NCBI RefSeq assembly: GCF_004010195.1
Contig: NC_057751.1
Span: forward strand, 8,747,611 to 8,811,610
Direction: 5' to 3'
Length of the DNA: 64,000 bases
DNA from: Chiloscyllium plagiosum
Lineage: Eukaryota
A model generated the notes under the pieces. That model ran no database searches. It was not told the origin of the DNA and worked only from the letters and a program-made list of their open reading frames with translations. Position numbers and translations under genes: made by a program. Each line of letters begins with the position of its first letter. Position 1 is the stretch's first letter. Below are positions 1 to 14,582 of this stretch, piece by piece.

Positions 1-2149
1 GCTTGGAGCAGTGAATAAGTTTGGGAAAAAAAAAACCTCAGTTCATCATTAATTGTGGGATTTCACTTTGTGACACAAGGTCACCACAGTTGTACAATAA
101 TCACTGTTTTCCAACGTAATTCATCATACATGAAATACTTGGACATGTTTCAAGGCAATGGGATCTATATATACATTATTTTTTTACCTCCATACATGGA
201 GCAAAAGATGCTGAATACCTTGTTGCTAGCAGAGTAGGTGAAGGTACTCAGGGGCTGCCAAACACACGAGGTCATAATTCAGATTCCTAGTTAGCAGGGC
301 TAATATTAAACACGTCAGCAATAATTTAACTGTTGCAACTGTCCTCCACATTGCTGTTGCCTAATCAGCAATTATTGGTCAAAATGGAAACTGGGAGAAT
401 GGCATGTCAGGATAGGATCAAACCAAACTATTATACACTCAGCATTCCAATAGTCAGTTGGCACTACCTTGACTTCAATAAGGATGAGTTCACATGCGGC
501 TTGTACTTGAAAACCTTAAACAAAAGCCAGCAATTAAAAGCACTAAAAGGAAATTTTAACCATTAGTATATCTTTTATTTTCACACAATTTCACACTCTC
601 TTTCATGGGAGACAGCATTTTTTTTGTTTCCATGTTACATACACAACAGGAAAATATAAATTTATGATTCAAACTTGTAATTTTGGATAATGGAAATCAA
701 TTCTGTTTCATGTGTGTTGCCAAGTCAATTATAAATAGCACCACAGTGCTGATAGGTTTCTGGAGAGACAATTGTCATGACATTCAACCAACCAGTGTGC
801 AGCACAACATCAGAACATGTAAATTTGTCCAATCACAGGATGTAAGCCCTGGAGCTATGGATTGGCCCTGTGCTTCAGATAGAGTTGCTCTTTTGGTCTG
901 GTCAATTTTTGAGCCTGATTCCTCCAGATTAACTGGAGTGAAGTCAGCCTGTTACCCTGGCCCCACCATGTCAGAAATAGCCACGATTTCAAGTTTGCCA
1001 GATGGCATGAAGCAATAATTGCTCCTGAAAAGGCAAAACTGCTTTTTCATCATCTCTGTATTGCTGGACAACTGCTCGATTACATAATATTGTTTATTTT
1101 TAAATGGTTTAATGGCCAATTTCATTAAAAAATGTGAAATTTCACAATATGCTTCAATCAAAACTTGAAATTCCTTGTGTCCGAATGATTTTCCACATGC
1201 AAAGTACTCAGTCCTCAATTCCGGGAATTCCATTATTTTCCAGGGGCAGTTCCACATGCGTCCCCAAATGCCCTTCGATTTCCTGGTCCTGTGAAGGTCA
1301 TCGGGATGGTCAGGGTTGCACGGCTGACCAGGGAAGCCGTGACAATTGGGATCCATTTCAGTGTGCAGCACACAAGATGAACAAGAGAGATGGTTTAGGG
1401 CAGGAAATCTATTCCACTTTGGGTGGAATTTATGTGCAGGCAGGGATGCAGCGAGATCATTTGCTGGCAAATGACAGCTCGTTGGAATAATATGTATTTT
1501 AGGCCCACATCCTACACCTCTATACTCTGCTGATACTCACTGCTTAGGTTCATACCAAGAATCATTAATTGCTAGAGCCAGCCAACACCAAAGAATCATA
1601 CCAGATCAAGGATATATAGCTCAAGCACATTTCACGTGTTAAGGCAGATTAGGTTCAGCCAGTGGACTTATCAATGGTCAATGCAACTCAAGTCATCACA
1701 TAATAATTCACATGTATAACAACTAAACATTATAGAAATTGAGGAACCAACATCAATGGCAAGAGTAGGAATGATATTCTTTGCTAAGTCCACCATACAT
1801 GAATATTTGCAATCATTAGGACTCATTATATCCTTGTCTGTCAACTTGCAGTCTTGTTTTCAGTCCAACAGCACATTTTGTGTTATAAGATTACTTAGTT
1901 GAACCAAGTGCTGAGAGTTCTTCGCACCGTTTTGAGTTTCTATCAATTTTGCTGACTACAAGAGACAAGGGGAGGAACACCCGAATGAACAAAGCAAGTA
2001 CTTCAGACATGATCATGTATTCCTGTGACAAGTGTCTGCCTGAAACTCAGATTATATTATAGTTAAGCACAAGTCAGAGGAGGATACATATGAAGGTATC
2101 AATTAGGAACATGAATAGGTACCCCTCTCAAAAACAGGATAAACTGTCA

Positions 2150-3040
2150 TGATTTGGAGATGCCGGTGTTGGACTGGGATGTACAAAGTTAAAAATCACA
2201 CAACACCAGGTTATAGTCCAACAGGTTTAATTGGAAGCGCACTAGCTTTCGGAGCGACACTCCTTCAACAGGTGATACTGGAGGGCTCGATCGTAACAAT
2301 TTAGTGTGACGTAACTGAAAATATACATTGAAAAATTGATTGTCTGTTAAGCCTTTCATCTGTTAGAATGCAGTGATAGTTTCACTTCTTTCATGTGTAA
2401 ATCACAAAACCTTTTTTTAAAGGTTGCATTCTCGGGTGAGCTGTTAACAATGGTGATAGGGAAACAATTGGTTGAAGGTGTTGGCCCCGTGTCCTCTGTC
2501 TATGCCATGATGATTAGATTGATTCTAATCTAAAAAGTGAGATAAGTTTTATATAAATTCATGCAGTTTTTGAGCTCAAGAGTTCTACATGAATGCATGC
2601 AGTTTTTAACCAAAGTACAATGTAACCCTGCAAGTACAAATTCACCCCACAAAATATGTGTGCATGTGGGTCTTTGTCTGTGTGTGCCTGTCTGTCTAGG
2701 GTGGGGGTTGAGAGTGTGTGTGTGTACAGAGTGTCTTAAGTCTGTGAGGGAGTGCATATGAGTGTGGGAGTGTGTGGGTGCCTGTGTGAGTGTCTGTGTG
2801 TACCTGTGTGTGTGTGTGTGTGTGTGTAGAGAAATATCTGTGTGTGTGTGTATTGCAATAGTGATCATCTGTAATGTGACATGAACCCAAGTCCCGGTTG
2901 AGGCCCTCCCTGTGGGTACCGAACTTAGCTATCAGCCTCTGCTCGGCCACTTTTCTCTGCTGCCTGTCCCGAAGTCCACCTTAGAGGATGGTCACCCAAA
3001 GGTCCGAGGTTGAATGTCCTGGACCACTGAAGTGTTCCCG
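2150..3040 (-). mobile_element. Penelope-like element 3' fragment (GIY-YIG C-terminus, (CA)n tract, pseudo-LTR with degenerate hammerhead)
   Basis: Minus strand reads EHFSGPGHS..L.VTIL..G.....RKVAEQRLIAKFGTHREGLNRDLG. The terminus matches the element at 32720. Hammerhead-like CTGTTGA-A-GGAG..CTCC-GAAAGCTA at about 2273-2246. Confidence 0.8.
2712..2851. repeat. Imperfect (TG)n microsatellite within the PLE 3' region
   Basis: Runs of gtgtgt visible directly. Confidence 0.9.
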
Positions 3041-3139
3041 AAAAGTGCACAGATTAATCAGGGATATAGCACAATATGCTAAGGAAAGGTTTTTCCTATC
3101 TTAAACAAAATGTTTTAAGTAACAAGAAAGTTTAATGAG

Positions 3140-4496
3140 GGAGACTCAAGAGTGACTCATGTAACACCCTTCTTCAGAAAAGGATAGGAGAGAAAAAATA
3201 TAGACAATTACAGACCAATCAGCCGAAGATCAGTAGTGGAAAAATGCAAGGTAAAAGTCATGTTAAGAGATCATGTGCAAAGCATGACTGGGATTTGAGA
3301 AGGCCTAGATGAATTTAGCAAAGACTAATCACATCTTTACTGCTATGAAAATGCAACTAGTAGAATAGTTAAGGGCCAACGAGTAGATACAGTCAATATG
3401 CATTTTCAGAACATTTTACAACTATGGAGCGCGTTTTTAAGGTGCAAACAAAGACATGAGGGGCATTATTTTTTTAAAAAAGCAGTTCATGTGTGGAATC
3501 AACAGCCAGAGGATGCGGCACAGTTAACAACATTTAAAAGACATTCATTAAGTTGCCAAAGAGGAAAGGCTTGGAGGGTTATGGGCCAAACGCAGACAAG
3601 TGAGACGAATGATTTGGGAAAATGGTCGACATGGATTAGTTGCTATGCTGTATGACTCTACGAGTGGCAGGCAGTGACTCATGGGAGCCACAACAATCGG
3701 TGTTTTGGCCCCAACTAATCCTACTATGTATAAATGACCGATATGATGGAACTACATGCAATATTTCCAAATTTAATGAGACAAAACTGGACGGATTGAG
3801 TGTTATGCAAAAGATACAAGGACACGTCAAAGTGACTTCAGCAGATGTAAAGAATGTGGCAAAGTGTTAAATCATGCTCTCCATATAAAAATCAGGAAGA
3901 GCCAGACTTAAACAGTCATAGATTAGCAGGAATGGATGTACAGACTGTCCTTGTGAACAAAGGACAATAAACAGGCAAATCAAGGCTTGCTTTCTTTGGA
4001 AAAGGAATTGCCTTCCAAAGTGGGGATGCCTTACTGCAATACTACTGGGCCTTGAAGACACTTGCAATATGCAGTGCAGTTTTGGTCTCCTGACCCAAGA
4101 AACTTGCCATTGAAGGACAGCAGAGGTTCACTAAGCTGATGCCGTTGATGTCATGACTGTCCAATGAGGAAAGATTGATTTGACTAGGCCTGCACATATT
4201 ACAGTTGAGAAGGATTAGTTTGAATCTGATTGACATGTATATGATTTAAACAAGGCTGGACAGACAAGATGCAGGAGAAAGCTTTTTCTGATTGACAAGT
4301 GCAGAACCAAGGTACACCATCTCAGGATGCTGGGTGAACCATTTAGGACTGAAATAAGGATAGGTTTCTTCACTCAGATGATGGCAAACCTGAGGAATTA
4401 CCCACCAAAGGAGGTCGGAGAGGCTAAGTCACTGAATATATTCAATAAAAAAACAAATAAATTTAAGAGTTTTAGAGGCAACAAAGGTGTTGGAAG
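3140..4496 (+). mobile_element. Degenerate CR1 (HER1-like) LINE fragments
   Basis: RT-like remnants and a CR1 3' tail (ctgtatgactcta at about 3660). The 3' end of a second copy is interrupted by the LTR at 4497 and resumes at 5115. Confidence 0.65.
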
Positions 4497-5114
4497 TTTT
4501 ATGGACCAGACCTGACCCCTCAAAACATTTTAGGCAGGTGGCCCGGACCACAACTTTACTATTAGCTTCAAGTATATAGTGGATAATCCTGAGGTACATC
4601 AGCTGGTCAGACTGCTGAGTTTTTTACCAAATTTATTCACAAAATTATGTAATGAAATACAACGAACCAAAAATAGAATACCCAAATAACTTATCCTATC
4701 TGAACCCTACAGGCTATTCCGACTTTAATGATGCTGTCCCAAAACACCTGCAACAATCTCAATAAACAAACCCCTGAGTACAGAATCAAAATGACACAAC
4801 ACTTACATGTTATGAAATCAGAAGGGCAGGAGGAGGGAGAGTACCAGTAGTCTTTCTTCACATACACACACAGAGCCGCTGAAGTAACTTTAATCTAAAC
4901 GAAGGCTAGCTTCACAGCTAGCTGCCCGTTCCCCTTTTATTATACTTTCTTTTTTAAAAACAGGAAAGCCTTTGGCCAAAGGCATTACCGATTCGGAGTA
5001 AACAAAAAGGTACCCAAAATCAAACCCAGGTCAGTTGGAGCCTGGCCAATTACACCCTGTCTGAAAACAACTCAACAGCACATTAACCTGGTAAAAAGGA
5101 CCAGCTTTGTGACA
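4497..5114 (-). mobile_element. Solo LTR (about 618 bp)
   Basis: Ends t[t]ttatggacc...gctttgtgaca; flanks gaag/ggag (degenerate 4-bp TSD). Minus-strand TATAATAAAA (4944-4935) and AATAAA (4637-4632). Homologous to 31953-33141. Confidence 0.7.
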
Positions 5115-8100
5115 GGAGAAATCAGAAATATGGCATTAAGGTAGGTGATCAGCAAGGTTCAGATTGAATGGTGGACCAATTTTTGTGAGGAAGGGATAAA
5201 ATAGTTAGAGTTTTCAACACTAGACTACATTTGACCAAAGCGTTAGTGATAGTCCCAAACACTTGTGTGTAAAACCATGATAAGGTTATTTGAAGAACTT
5301 TTGTGGTCACGTGTATGATCGCTCCAAGATGGTATCACATTTTCCCAACTAGATGCTTAAGTCAAAGAAATGCATCAAAGCATCGCAGAAAGGCATTTTT
5401 GGTTTGAGAAGTGTCAAGTGTATCAGACAGGGCTGAGCTTGTGTTGCAGTGGTAGCATCCATATCTTTGGATCAGAAGGCACAAATCCTAGCAGCTCTGG
5501 AGCGGTGTCATAACATCCCTGAACACAGACTTAAAATATCCACCATGCATGGCTGTTTTGCACACAGGAAATGAGTGTTTTGGGGATTCATGAGACTGCA
5601 TTTCACCACGTTTCAAATTATTGAATTCCATGTCTAATGGTCTGGTTTATTGTATTTTTATGATCACTCCTCATGCAAAACAACTTCTGTTCTGTAGTTC
5701 AACACACAATGGCAACATTATATGCTTATGGTGAAGTGAGAAACCATCTCATTAGAATCAAAGTGACACAATATATCAAGCCAGATTTCAGACTGTGATG
5801 TCTTGCCCAGTAAGAATAACAGCTGAGATCATATAACAGAAATAAAAATTGGTCAAGGTACGATGGATAACTCCCCTAAATAATGTGAAAAGATCTACTA
5901 CATCTTTGTTAACAAGACCAATGGTAGTCATTGGGTAGGAAATCCACACAAGCCATTTCTAGGTGTCTGTAGATCATTAAAGTTTTAAAGTTCAATATAA
6001 AGCTTGAATTTTGATGGGTCCTTGAATCAATTAAAGTTATTAATTCCTAATATACCTTAACATCTTCAAAATACTGAGATCATGAGGGAAACACAGTATT
6101 GGCAATTTCATATTAATTTTTCATCAAGCTTGATTAGTCCCAAGATTTGGTGAGTCGTTAAGAACGGTCTTACTCAGCAAAACAGGATAGTTCCATTGCT
6201 GTGTCCATGATCAACATTCTGACAATCTGGAGAACCAAAAGACATCAGTGTCCAATTTATTGCACAGGATTTGAACTCAGAAGTCTGAAATTTCACATTA
6301 ATGATTAAACTGTTGTTTTCACCACTTGTACCATTTCTCATCATGTTTATTGCACCATTTCTAGTTGTTCCTTGCCCCTATAGGCGGCTGAATTCAAAGT
6401 AAACCCAGTTCTACGCGAACCTGCCTTATGCAGGTCCAAATGTGCACTATTTTCAGAGACACTAATCAACTTGATTTCCTGGTGTACGACTGCTACACAA
6501 ATTTAAACCAGTAATACAAGTATAAATCTTCACAGCAACCTGCGCTTGGTAAAGGATTGGTCCAGCTTCAGAAAAGATTCTGCATTCAGTGACAAATCAA
6601 GCAACCTGTTTAAACATTACTGCATTTCAAATACCAACTTTACATGGCACTTGAATTATCCTATAGAGGAAGTCAACGTTTAAATTGGTTCCAAATCCAA
6701 GGGAAATAATAAATAATTAAAAACGTAGTCAGAAAGGTCGTAAAAACTCCCAGTGTGCTGTCACAAAAAACCCAGAAACCCAGATTTAAGTCATTATAAA
6801 GCAAGTTAAAACATGTCAGAATACCATAATTAAGAAAGCAACTCAGTTTTGGACAGAAGTTGAACTTTGATTTCTAGTATGAAAAGATTGAGTTATGAGG
6901 ATTAAAAAAAAAAATCCAGGCTTGCAGAATGCTGAAAAGGCAAGTTTGATTGAACACCCTGACAAGAGGATTATCAGCCTAAGTGGCAAGAGAAAAAGAC
7001 AGAGCTGTTTGAGTCAAGAAATTTCCCTTCAGAATAATTCCAAATAAGAGATTTTTACCTTAAAATGTTAATTGGTTTCTTTGTCCACAGATGTAGCCAA
7101 ACCTACTGACTTTAACCAACGTTTTCTCTTTTAAAGACTTGCACCAATCACAATATTTAGGTTTTATCTGGCTGGGAATAACTTCTATGTACAATAGCAA
7201 AGACCAGTAAAAATGTTAAAAACATTGCAATGCACAAAAAAAAAGACCTCTTCAAATTCTGCCATTCTACAAAGTTTTCCCCCTTTATTGCTAAAGCTGC
7301 TGACTCAACACAGAACATTAAGGTTTCCCCAGCTAACCTGTCATAACCAGATAGTCATAATGTCATATGAATATTGAAAGTTTATGTGACTAATAATTGA
7401 AGAGGGCAGGTTACTTGGGGTTCCTGACTACTATTGAGTGAGTCTGGCAGCTCAGTACACTTGCAAACAAACTGAGCAAAGGATCAAGAGGACAACTGCC
7501 AAGTTTAATGTTGGCTACATGTTATCGGAGGGGCTCGGTACCAGTGCTACCACACATCAACACCAATACTAATCTTGGAATTAAAATCAACACACATTTT
7601 GTTACATGTCCTATATAATGGCCTCAGAGTACAATTTTGTTCATCATACCACATAATAAAACTTAAATTAGGTACGAAACCCATCACCATACTACCTGAG
7701 CAGTAGAATAACCTTTTCATTCCGTTTGTCTCATGTTTAGACCTGCAAGTTCATGATCATTCTGTCCAGCAGCAAGCTTGGTTTTCTGATAGTTGTTTTT
7801 AACTGCACAAAAAAGTACTGCAGAGTACATCAGAGCAAATCAGATTTAAGGCCTTCAGTATTCAAAAACCAGAGTTGAAATAACATTGGAAAAAGATGGG
7901 ATTTATGACCAGAGAAGATGAACAGTTTAAAACACGAAGCTGAAAAGGCTCATTATCAATCAACTCCCTTTCAAGTTTCCAGAAACTTTTTCACCAAGGA
8001 ATCAATTCATGAGATGGACATCTAAGTCAAATACAGAAACCGAAAACTGACGTCATTGGATAAATTACTGATTATGCAAGTATCTTTTCTTCATCTCAAA

Positions 8101-9229
8101 GATCAGGATGAACAAAAAATACCAGATAATTGCAGCATTACCTGTCAATGGAGATATATACTAAGTTGCAATTCAAAGTATATTGCTTTCCAAAATACAG
8201 ATAGATTTTTCATAAACACCTTGTGCTGTTAGTCAGCATTGGAATTTGCCAGATACTTGGGAGCAAATGCCATCATGTTGCATACCCAAGCAAGTGTCCA
8301 ATTACTGCTTAAACTAAAACATTTTCATGCTTGCGTATCTGGTTTAGTTGAGCATGAAAGAGATTAGGGTCTGGTTATGAGGAATCTGATAAGGCAACTC
8401 GCCATGTTGGTGGCACAGTTCCATCTTGTTCAGAAAAGTAGGACACCTGTATCCCAACAGAATTTGGTCTTAACATCCAGTTCAAGCTGCCAATACAATA
8501 CTGACATGATGATAGTGTGGCAATCTTTTTCACATCATATGCTTCAAGGGGATGCAAAAAGATAAAAAGCCAAAGTTAAGAAGAGGAGAGAATTGCTTCA
8601 TAAAATCATTAGATCGCTTCCTTAGAAAAATAGCACGAAAGTAGCACATCAGCAGACATTCATCTCTCACGGTGTCACATTTCAGTTGACTCATCACAAC
8701 TGCAGTTACCGACAACTGCAATAATTTGCTGGACTAATTCAGAAGAGCTGTGGAAATATTTTATTTTCAAATATTTAAGTCACCATTCATTACTTGTAAC
8801 AAGGATATCACAAATCAAGACAGAGATCATACTTAGTGACTACATATTTCAGAGGAGGAAGAGGATTCTGTCACCAGCCACTCTGAGCAACTGTCAGGAT
8901 TCAGGATAGTTAAAATCCACTAAACCACATTAGCCAGTCTTAGAAGCAGTGAGAGAAACTTGATGCCTTCACAGCCTCAACTCTGTAGTGACCTCTACTG
9001 GTGATTGCACTTCAACTGTTTCAATTGCACAAAATCAGGTTTGTGGTCAAACATATGACTGTCGTCAACCTGACCATTTCCTGGGTCAATTCAAAAGGGA
9101 AACATTCTCATTATTGTGTGCTTTGTTTGGTATATGGAGATGCTCATCACAGAAGACTTAAAATTTCTATTGTTTTTACATTTTACAGCACAGGTGAAAA
9201 GCTTTCAATTTTTCTGGTGGAATTATTGC

Positions 9230-9840
9230 ATTTTACAGGAAAGGAGGCCATTCAGCCAATCGTATCTGCACGCACTCCCAAAAACTTTCCCAGTTCACCC
9301 CAATCGCCAGTCCTACCTGTGTAGCTCTCTAAATTTAACACCTTCAACTATATATTCAGGTTTTTTTAAACCTCCTGTAGCAACGACCTCAACCACTTCT
9401 GCAAGCAGCGAATTCCAAATCCTAACAACTCTGATGAATGAAGTTTCTTATCCAGTCACTTCCAGCTGGCTTGCCAACAACCTTGAAATTGTGACCTCCA
9501 ACTGAAACAGTTCTTTACTCTCTGAAACGTACATAATTCTGAATAATTACTTTTTCATCTTATCTCCTCCAAGGAGAGGAAGCCCAATTTCTCTGATCTT
9601 GCCTTGAATCTAAAATCCCACTATGTTATCATTCGACTGTATTTCCTTTGCAACCCTCTCAAGTCTTCAACATGTTTGTCTAAATAAGGTGCCCAGATGT
9701 GAATACAATACTCCAAATGCGCTCTGACCAATGATTTGTAGACATGTAGCATTACTTCCTTGCTTTTACATTAAATGCCTCTATTTTTCAACCCAAGGAT
9801 CCTACAGACCATCTTGAATAACTGTTTCAACTTGCCTGGC
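9230..9840 (-). mobile_element. Old CR1-like LINE 3' fragment
   Basis: aggccattcagcc tail and degenerate RT C-terminal sequence. Confidence 0.55.
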
Positions 9841-10379
9841 CTTACTACCCTTCTCATGAAACATAGTTTGCAATGGCCATTCTTGCAACATCCAACATCA
9901 TACACCATTTTGGCTGACAACAAACAACCGAGGAAAACTGGCAAAAAACAATGATAACTTCAAATGTACAGTGACTTCAAACCATAAATATACCAATTTC
10001 TGAAAACCCAGTTAAAATCTTAAACATCAACAAGGAAATATTATCTGGAAGTTTATTTCCTTACAAAGGTTTTTCCTTCCATCTCTCTCTGAACTAAAAG
10101 AACAGACTTCCTGCTTGGATACAGGAATATCCTGATAGGGCCAAAGAAAATTCTCTAAAGCAAAGACAATGGAGGAATTTTATGAGACAATCATCTTCAA
10201 CACAGTTTCTACAATCAAGACACTAGTTTCAAATAAATCATGCATGGGCCCAGCTTCCAACCAATTAAATGCAAAGTTCTCAGAACAAGTCTTGTTTGCA
10301 AACATTGAAACACATTAAAATTAAGTCAAAGGCATTTAAAAAAACTCATTACTCAAAAACTGACTTCACATAATCAAGT

Positions 10380-10505
10380 CCATAAGACACAGTAGCGGAA
10401 GTAAGGCCATTTGGCCCATCGAGTCCACTCCGCCAATCAATCATGGCTGATGGGCATTTCAACTCCACTTACCCGCACTCTCCCCGTAGCCCTTAATTCC
10501 TTGAG
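10380..10505 (-). mobile_element. Young CR1 3'-end fragment
   Basis: cataagac...aggccatttggcccatcgagtc...cccttaattcc tail with CpGs retained. Confidence 0.7.
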
Positions 10506-11844
10506 CCATTAATTCCGGAGCCCTTGAGTCAGGAGCTCAATGCAGACTTTCTAAAGTCATTTTCAATTGTTCGACCCAAATTCATAAAATCACATACATT
10601 CTTTAATTCAATTTGTTTTCCAAAAGTCATTTTAGATTATTGGATAGTCTTTGTTCTAAGATTTTACTTTTCAGCAATATGCATGTATGTTTAAATGGCA
10701 ACTTGAGCCAATTCCAAAACAAGCATTATTTCAACACAGATCACAACTGGTGCACACAATTCTCATTTCATGCATGTGAGACGTATATTGGTCCTTTTCA
10801 ATACCAGGGGTTAATTACAAACAGTTCTTGTCTTTCCAAAGATTTGATATTGAACCTGGAACGTTGTTGGTCTGCATGGCTTTCCTAATCCAGTACCTCC
10901 TGCATTCACTTTGTGAACTTGATAACACAAAGCACAGCACAAACTTAATAGTCTATCAATCCATGTTTCCGATTTAATGACACAATGTACAGTACGAAGC
11001 AGCAGGGCCTGGAACCCCATTTGTACACTTGGTTATGCTACAGTTTTTTCAGCAACAAGAAAATCATCTGTTGTTCAACATTGTTTGAACCGAGACAATA
11101 TTTTTTGTTTCATTCTGAGCAGCAAAAGAATGTTGAAAAAAAAATCAATGAATTTCAAGCAGACCACCTTAACCACACCAATGCAGCTTCATTAATTTAA
11201 CCAGGTTATCTAATTATGAAGAATATTCTGTCTTTAAAGATGAAAATTATTAAAAACCAATCACAAATTCTAATACTCAAATGCAGCACTGTCAAGGAAT
11301 GCTTCAAAAAGTACATATCATTCAACTTGTTATCCAGTCTTCAGACATGAATATGATTAATTGCGAAATGAACACAAGCGTGTCGAGTGATATGGAGATT
11401 TCAATGCTGTGGTCTAAATGAACTCAGCTGATCTCAGCAAAGTAGGAGCTGAAGCATGACCAATACCCTCAAATGGGGAGCAATAAGACAAGCGTCCATA
11501 TGTGATGTTTATCAGTAATCCTGGCTGAAAGGTGCATCATTCGAAAAGCCAAACAAGCTGTCTTAAGTCACCATACCACTTCTCAATAGAGGCTCATATT
11601 TGTGCAAGGACTGCTTGTCATGAACGTGCATGAGAAGGAAACATTTTCAAATCATAAGTTTCAAGCTTTTCCTTTACCCTTGAAAGAGTTCTTGGAACCA
11701 TTCAATTAGTGCACAGCAAAGACACTTATCTTGAAAAGGCTTCATGCAGTTTCCTTCAAGCAAATCAGAATTCTACTCCATACTCAAAAAAGCCGGGAGT
11801 TCCACCGTCATTTTTTTTTTAAATTCATTGACAGGATGTGCATA

Positions 11845-12120
11845 TCACTGGCCAATTAAGCTTTTATTGCCCATCTCAGAATCAATCAAGTCCCGAGATC
11901 CACACCAGCCAGAAAAGCAAAGAACAGCTGTTTCCTTCTCCAAAGCACATTCGCAAATCACAATCCAACATGTTTTTGTGGTCATTAGACAGAAGATTTC
12001 TTGCTTGAATTCAATTCCCACTTTCTGCACTTGAGGTGTTCGAACTTGGGCCCCCAGAACATTATCTGGATCATGGATTAATAGTCTATCAATAATACCA
12101 TTCAGCCATCAATTCTCCCT
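11845..12120 (-). mobile_element. tRNA-derived SINE (second family), decayed
   Basis: Minus-strand head with A-box-like TGGCTGAATGG and B-box-like AGTTCGAACACC. Confidence 0.6.
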
Positions 12121-12431
12121 TGATATTTTGCTGCTTTAAGTGCATGAATTAAGTTGTTTAAATGACAACTAATTTGAGATTGAGGTAGAGATTTGCAAAG
12201 AATACAGACTTGTATTCATGAGTTTAATGGCACAAAAATGGTTATGAAATACTTTTTACATAAATTTGCATACCAAGAGTACCAATAATCATTTTGACTC
12301 AAATGCATTGAACAGATGCACCTTGCAAATCCTGACCCAATTGCAAACTTAACAAAAGGAGCTTTAAATTGATATTTTTAACATAAAATTTGGTGCCTGC
12401 ATGCACTAAATACAATTGTGCAAGTGTGCAT

Positions 12432-14017
12432 TTTATTTTTCAGGTCCATCCAAACAGCTGTTCTCCAGATCAGGTTTTAAGATGTTTGTTGCACTCATGT
12501 TCAAAATGTAACAACATCCACTCTTAATTGGGAGACAATTGGATTGACCTTCTAAAACATGATCCTTTAAAGTCACGTTTCCACAAGTTGAACGAATAGT
12601 TATTTCTGGGACTGCCCATGGCTTCCCTTCAAGTGAAGTGAGTAAACTGGGTGATCAGAAGAGCTGGGATGTGTCCAGAAAAGAATACATGCTCCATATG
12701 CAACAATCTTTTCTTGACTACAAGCAGGCAAATTGATGAAGATTCTGTCCCCTCAAAAACAGTTTCAATCCAGTACATTTTTCAATGATCTTTAAGCAAT
12801 TCTGTTTCAACGTTGAGTTATCAGGAACTGTACAAAATCAGGAGCATTTTCAACAGTTTCGTGAAAGACAAAATTGCACCCAAGTACATTTTCTTGTGTG
12901 CAATACAGCATCACTTCTACATCTCAAAGCTGTCACTTCATTTGATGCCTTCATGAGCAAAGTTTCCAAAGTGATATATTCAAGCTGGGAAATGGAAAAC
13001 TTTTCACGATCGTGTGAGCATCAAGCCTTGCTTCAGGTGCACAGTGGAGCTTGGTCTCCATTGTTGCAGTCTTCTAATGCCTCTCTAGCTATTTGCCTGG
13101 TTTTCGCCAACATGATGGTCTGAGCAAGACTGTGAATCGAGTAAAGACATTCAGGCAATTGCATGTCATACACATTAAAAGTCAGGGATGAGATCCTTCT
13201 CACCATAACCTATTAATCCCATCAAATAAACTGAACATGATCTCAGATACCAGACACAAAAAGCCAAGCTATCTTAAACTTCTTTCAGTTCACAAATATG
13301 CATTCCCTGAACAGAATTTCCAAAGTGCATTGCGCCAAAAGCAACAAACTCAAACCTAAAAAGGTTACTGAAATGGTGTTTTCAATGTACCAATCTCCTT
13401 CCTATTAAAGGACTAGAACAAAAACAAAGATGGCAAATTGGTTTCACTAGATACTTCCCACATCTCGTCCAAGATTGACTAACATGATTGCATTTCAGGA
13501 GATCCAGAGTGAACAGCAAATTCTCCTCTGGTCTGCATAATTCCTTTTGGATGGCTGAAAATTCAGATCTTTGTTCTTCATACAATTAACAGTCTGGGCT
13601 GAATAAGCTTAATCTTCGTTAGAATGCTACAGCACCTAGTAGCAAGACAAGGTGAAGCTGAAATGAGATGATGACTTCTGCACATTCTGAACATTCTTGG
13701 GAGTTTATAGCAACACACTAGGATCAAAAAGATTGCTGCTAAGATTACGTGTGACATGAAAAGCACGTCACACATAATCTTAGCACTATCTTTGGAAATG
13801 TAAAGGATGGTCAAACACTGGTTCCCAATTCAACACCAAAAAACAACCAAGAAGAAACAACTTTGCTCAGAGAAGCATAATCAGAGTCCAACTACATGCC
13901 AACCATCCTGGCTTGGAGGACGTGAACATTCGAGGATGGTATGAAAAGTAATTTCTCATCAGGGGTGGAGGGAAATGTCAAATTTAAGAAAAGATTAACA
14001 ATCAAATAATGTTTATT
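12432..14017 (-). terminator. BNIP3L: Candidate BNIP3L polyadenylation signals (AATAAA at 14017-14012 and 12437-12432)
   Basis: Minus-strand AATAAA hexamers about 0.5 kb and 2.1 kb downstream of the stop codon, in AU-rich sequence with no repeat I recognise. Which one is used cannot be determined. Confidence 0.45.
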
Positions 14018-14533
14018 GTTACAATCTAAAAACAAATCCACCTGTCACTGTTCCAAACAGCAGCATGTTATTTCAGTTTTGTTGATGTCAGATTAAATGC
14101 TTTCTCTTGCCAAAGAGATGGTGAATCGCAAACAGAAGACTCCATTCCTTCTAAGCTTTGTTGATTCAATAAGGCTGAAAAAAGGATTCCCACCCATCCC
14201 CACTGGTACTTTGTGTTAACCGCATAGATTTCGCAATTTGATCCAAGTAGTGGGACTGCTCCTTGAATGAGTGTTTGTTGGTGAAGCAAACTATTAATTG
14301 AAACAAATTCGGCTGCTGTCACATAGTACACAGAGCTCAAGAAGTCCCAAATTCACGGCAAACAATGTTCGGCCAAGTCTGTGCTCAGGTGACCAAGCAG
14401 TTCCTTCAAAGGGAAAACATATTGGAATAGGATGTCTTGTGCTTGAAGTGGGTTTCTTTCTTCCTCCAATTCTAAAGTACTAATGGAGCAGCCACATAAT
14501 TTCACAAGCCATGTATAACTGTGATTCTGGATC

Positions 14534-14582
14534 TCAGAATGTGCTTGATGAAGACGTTGTCAGCCTTTTTCCAATGTAGATT
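14534..14582 (-). CDS. BNIP3L: BNIP3L last coding exon (IYIGKRLTTSSSSTF*)
   Basis: tttcag acceptor; TGA at 14536-14534. Total CDS 46+181+82+107+150+49 = 615 nt, i.e. 204 aa plus stop. Confidence 0.96.

Noticed and set aside
952..1490. Longest ORFs in the window (172 aa and 118 aa)
   Set aside because: No recognisable domain or convincing splice context; treated as chance ORFs.
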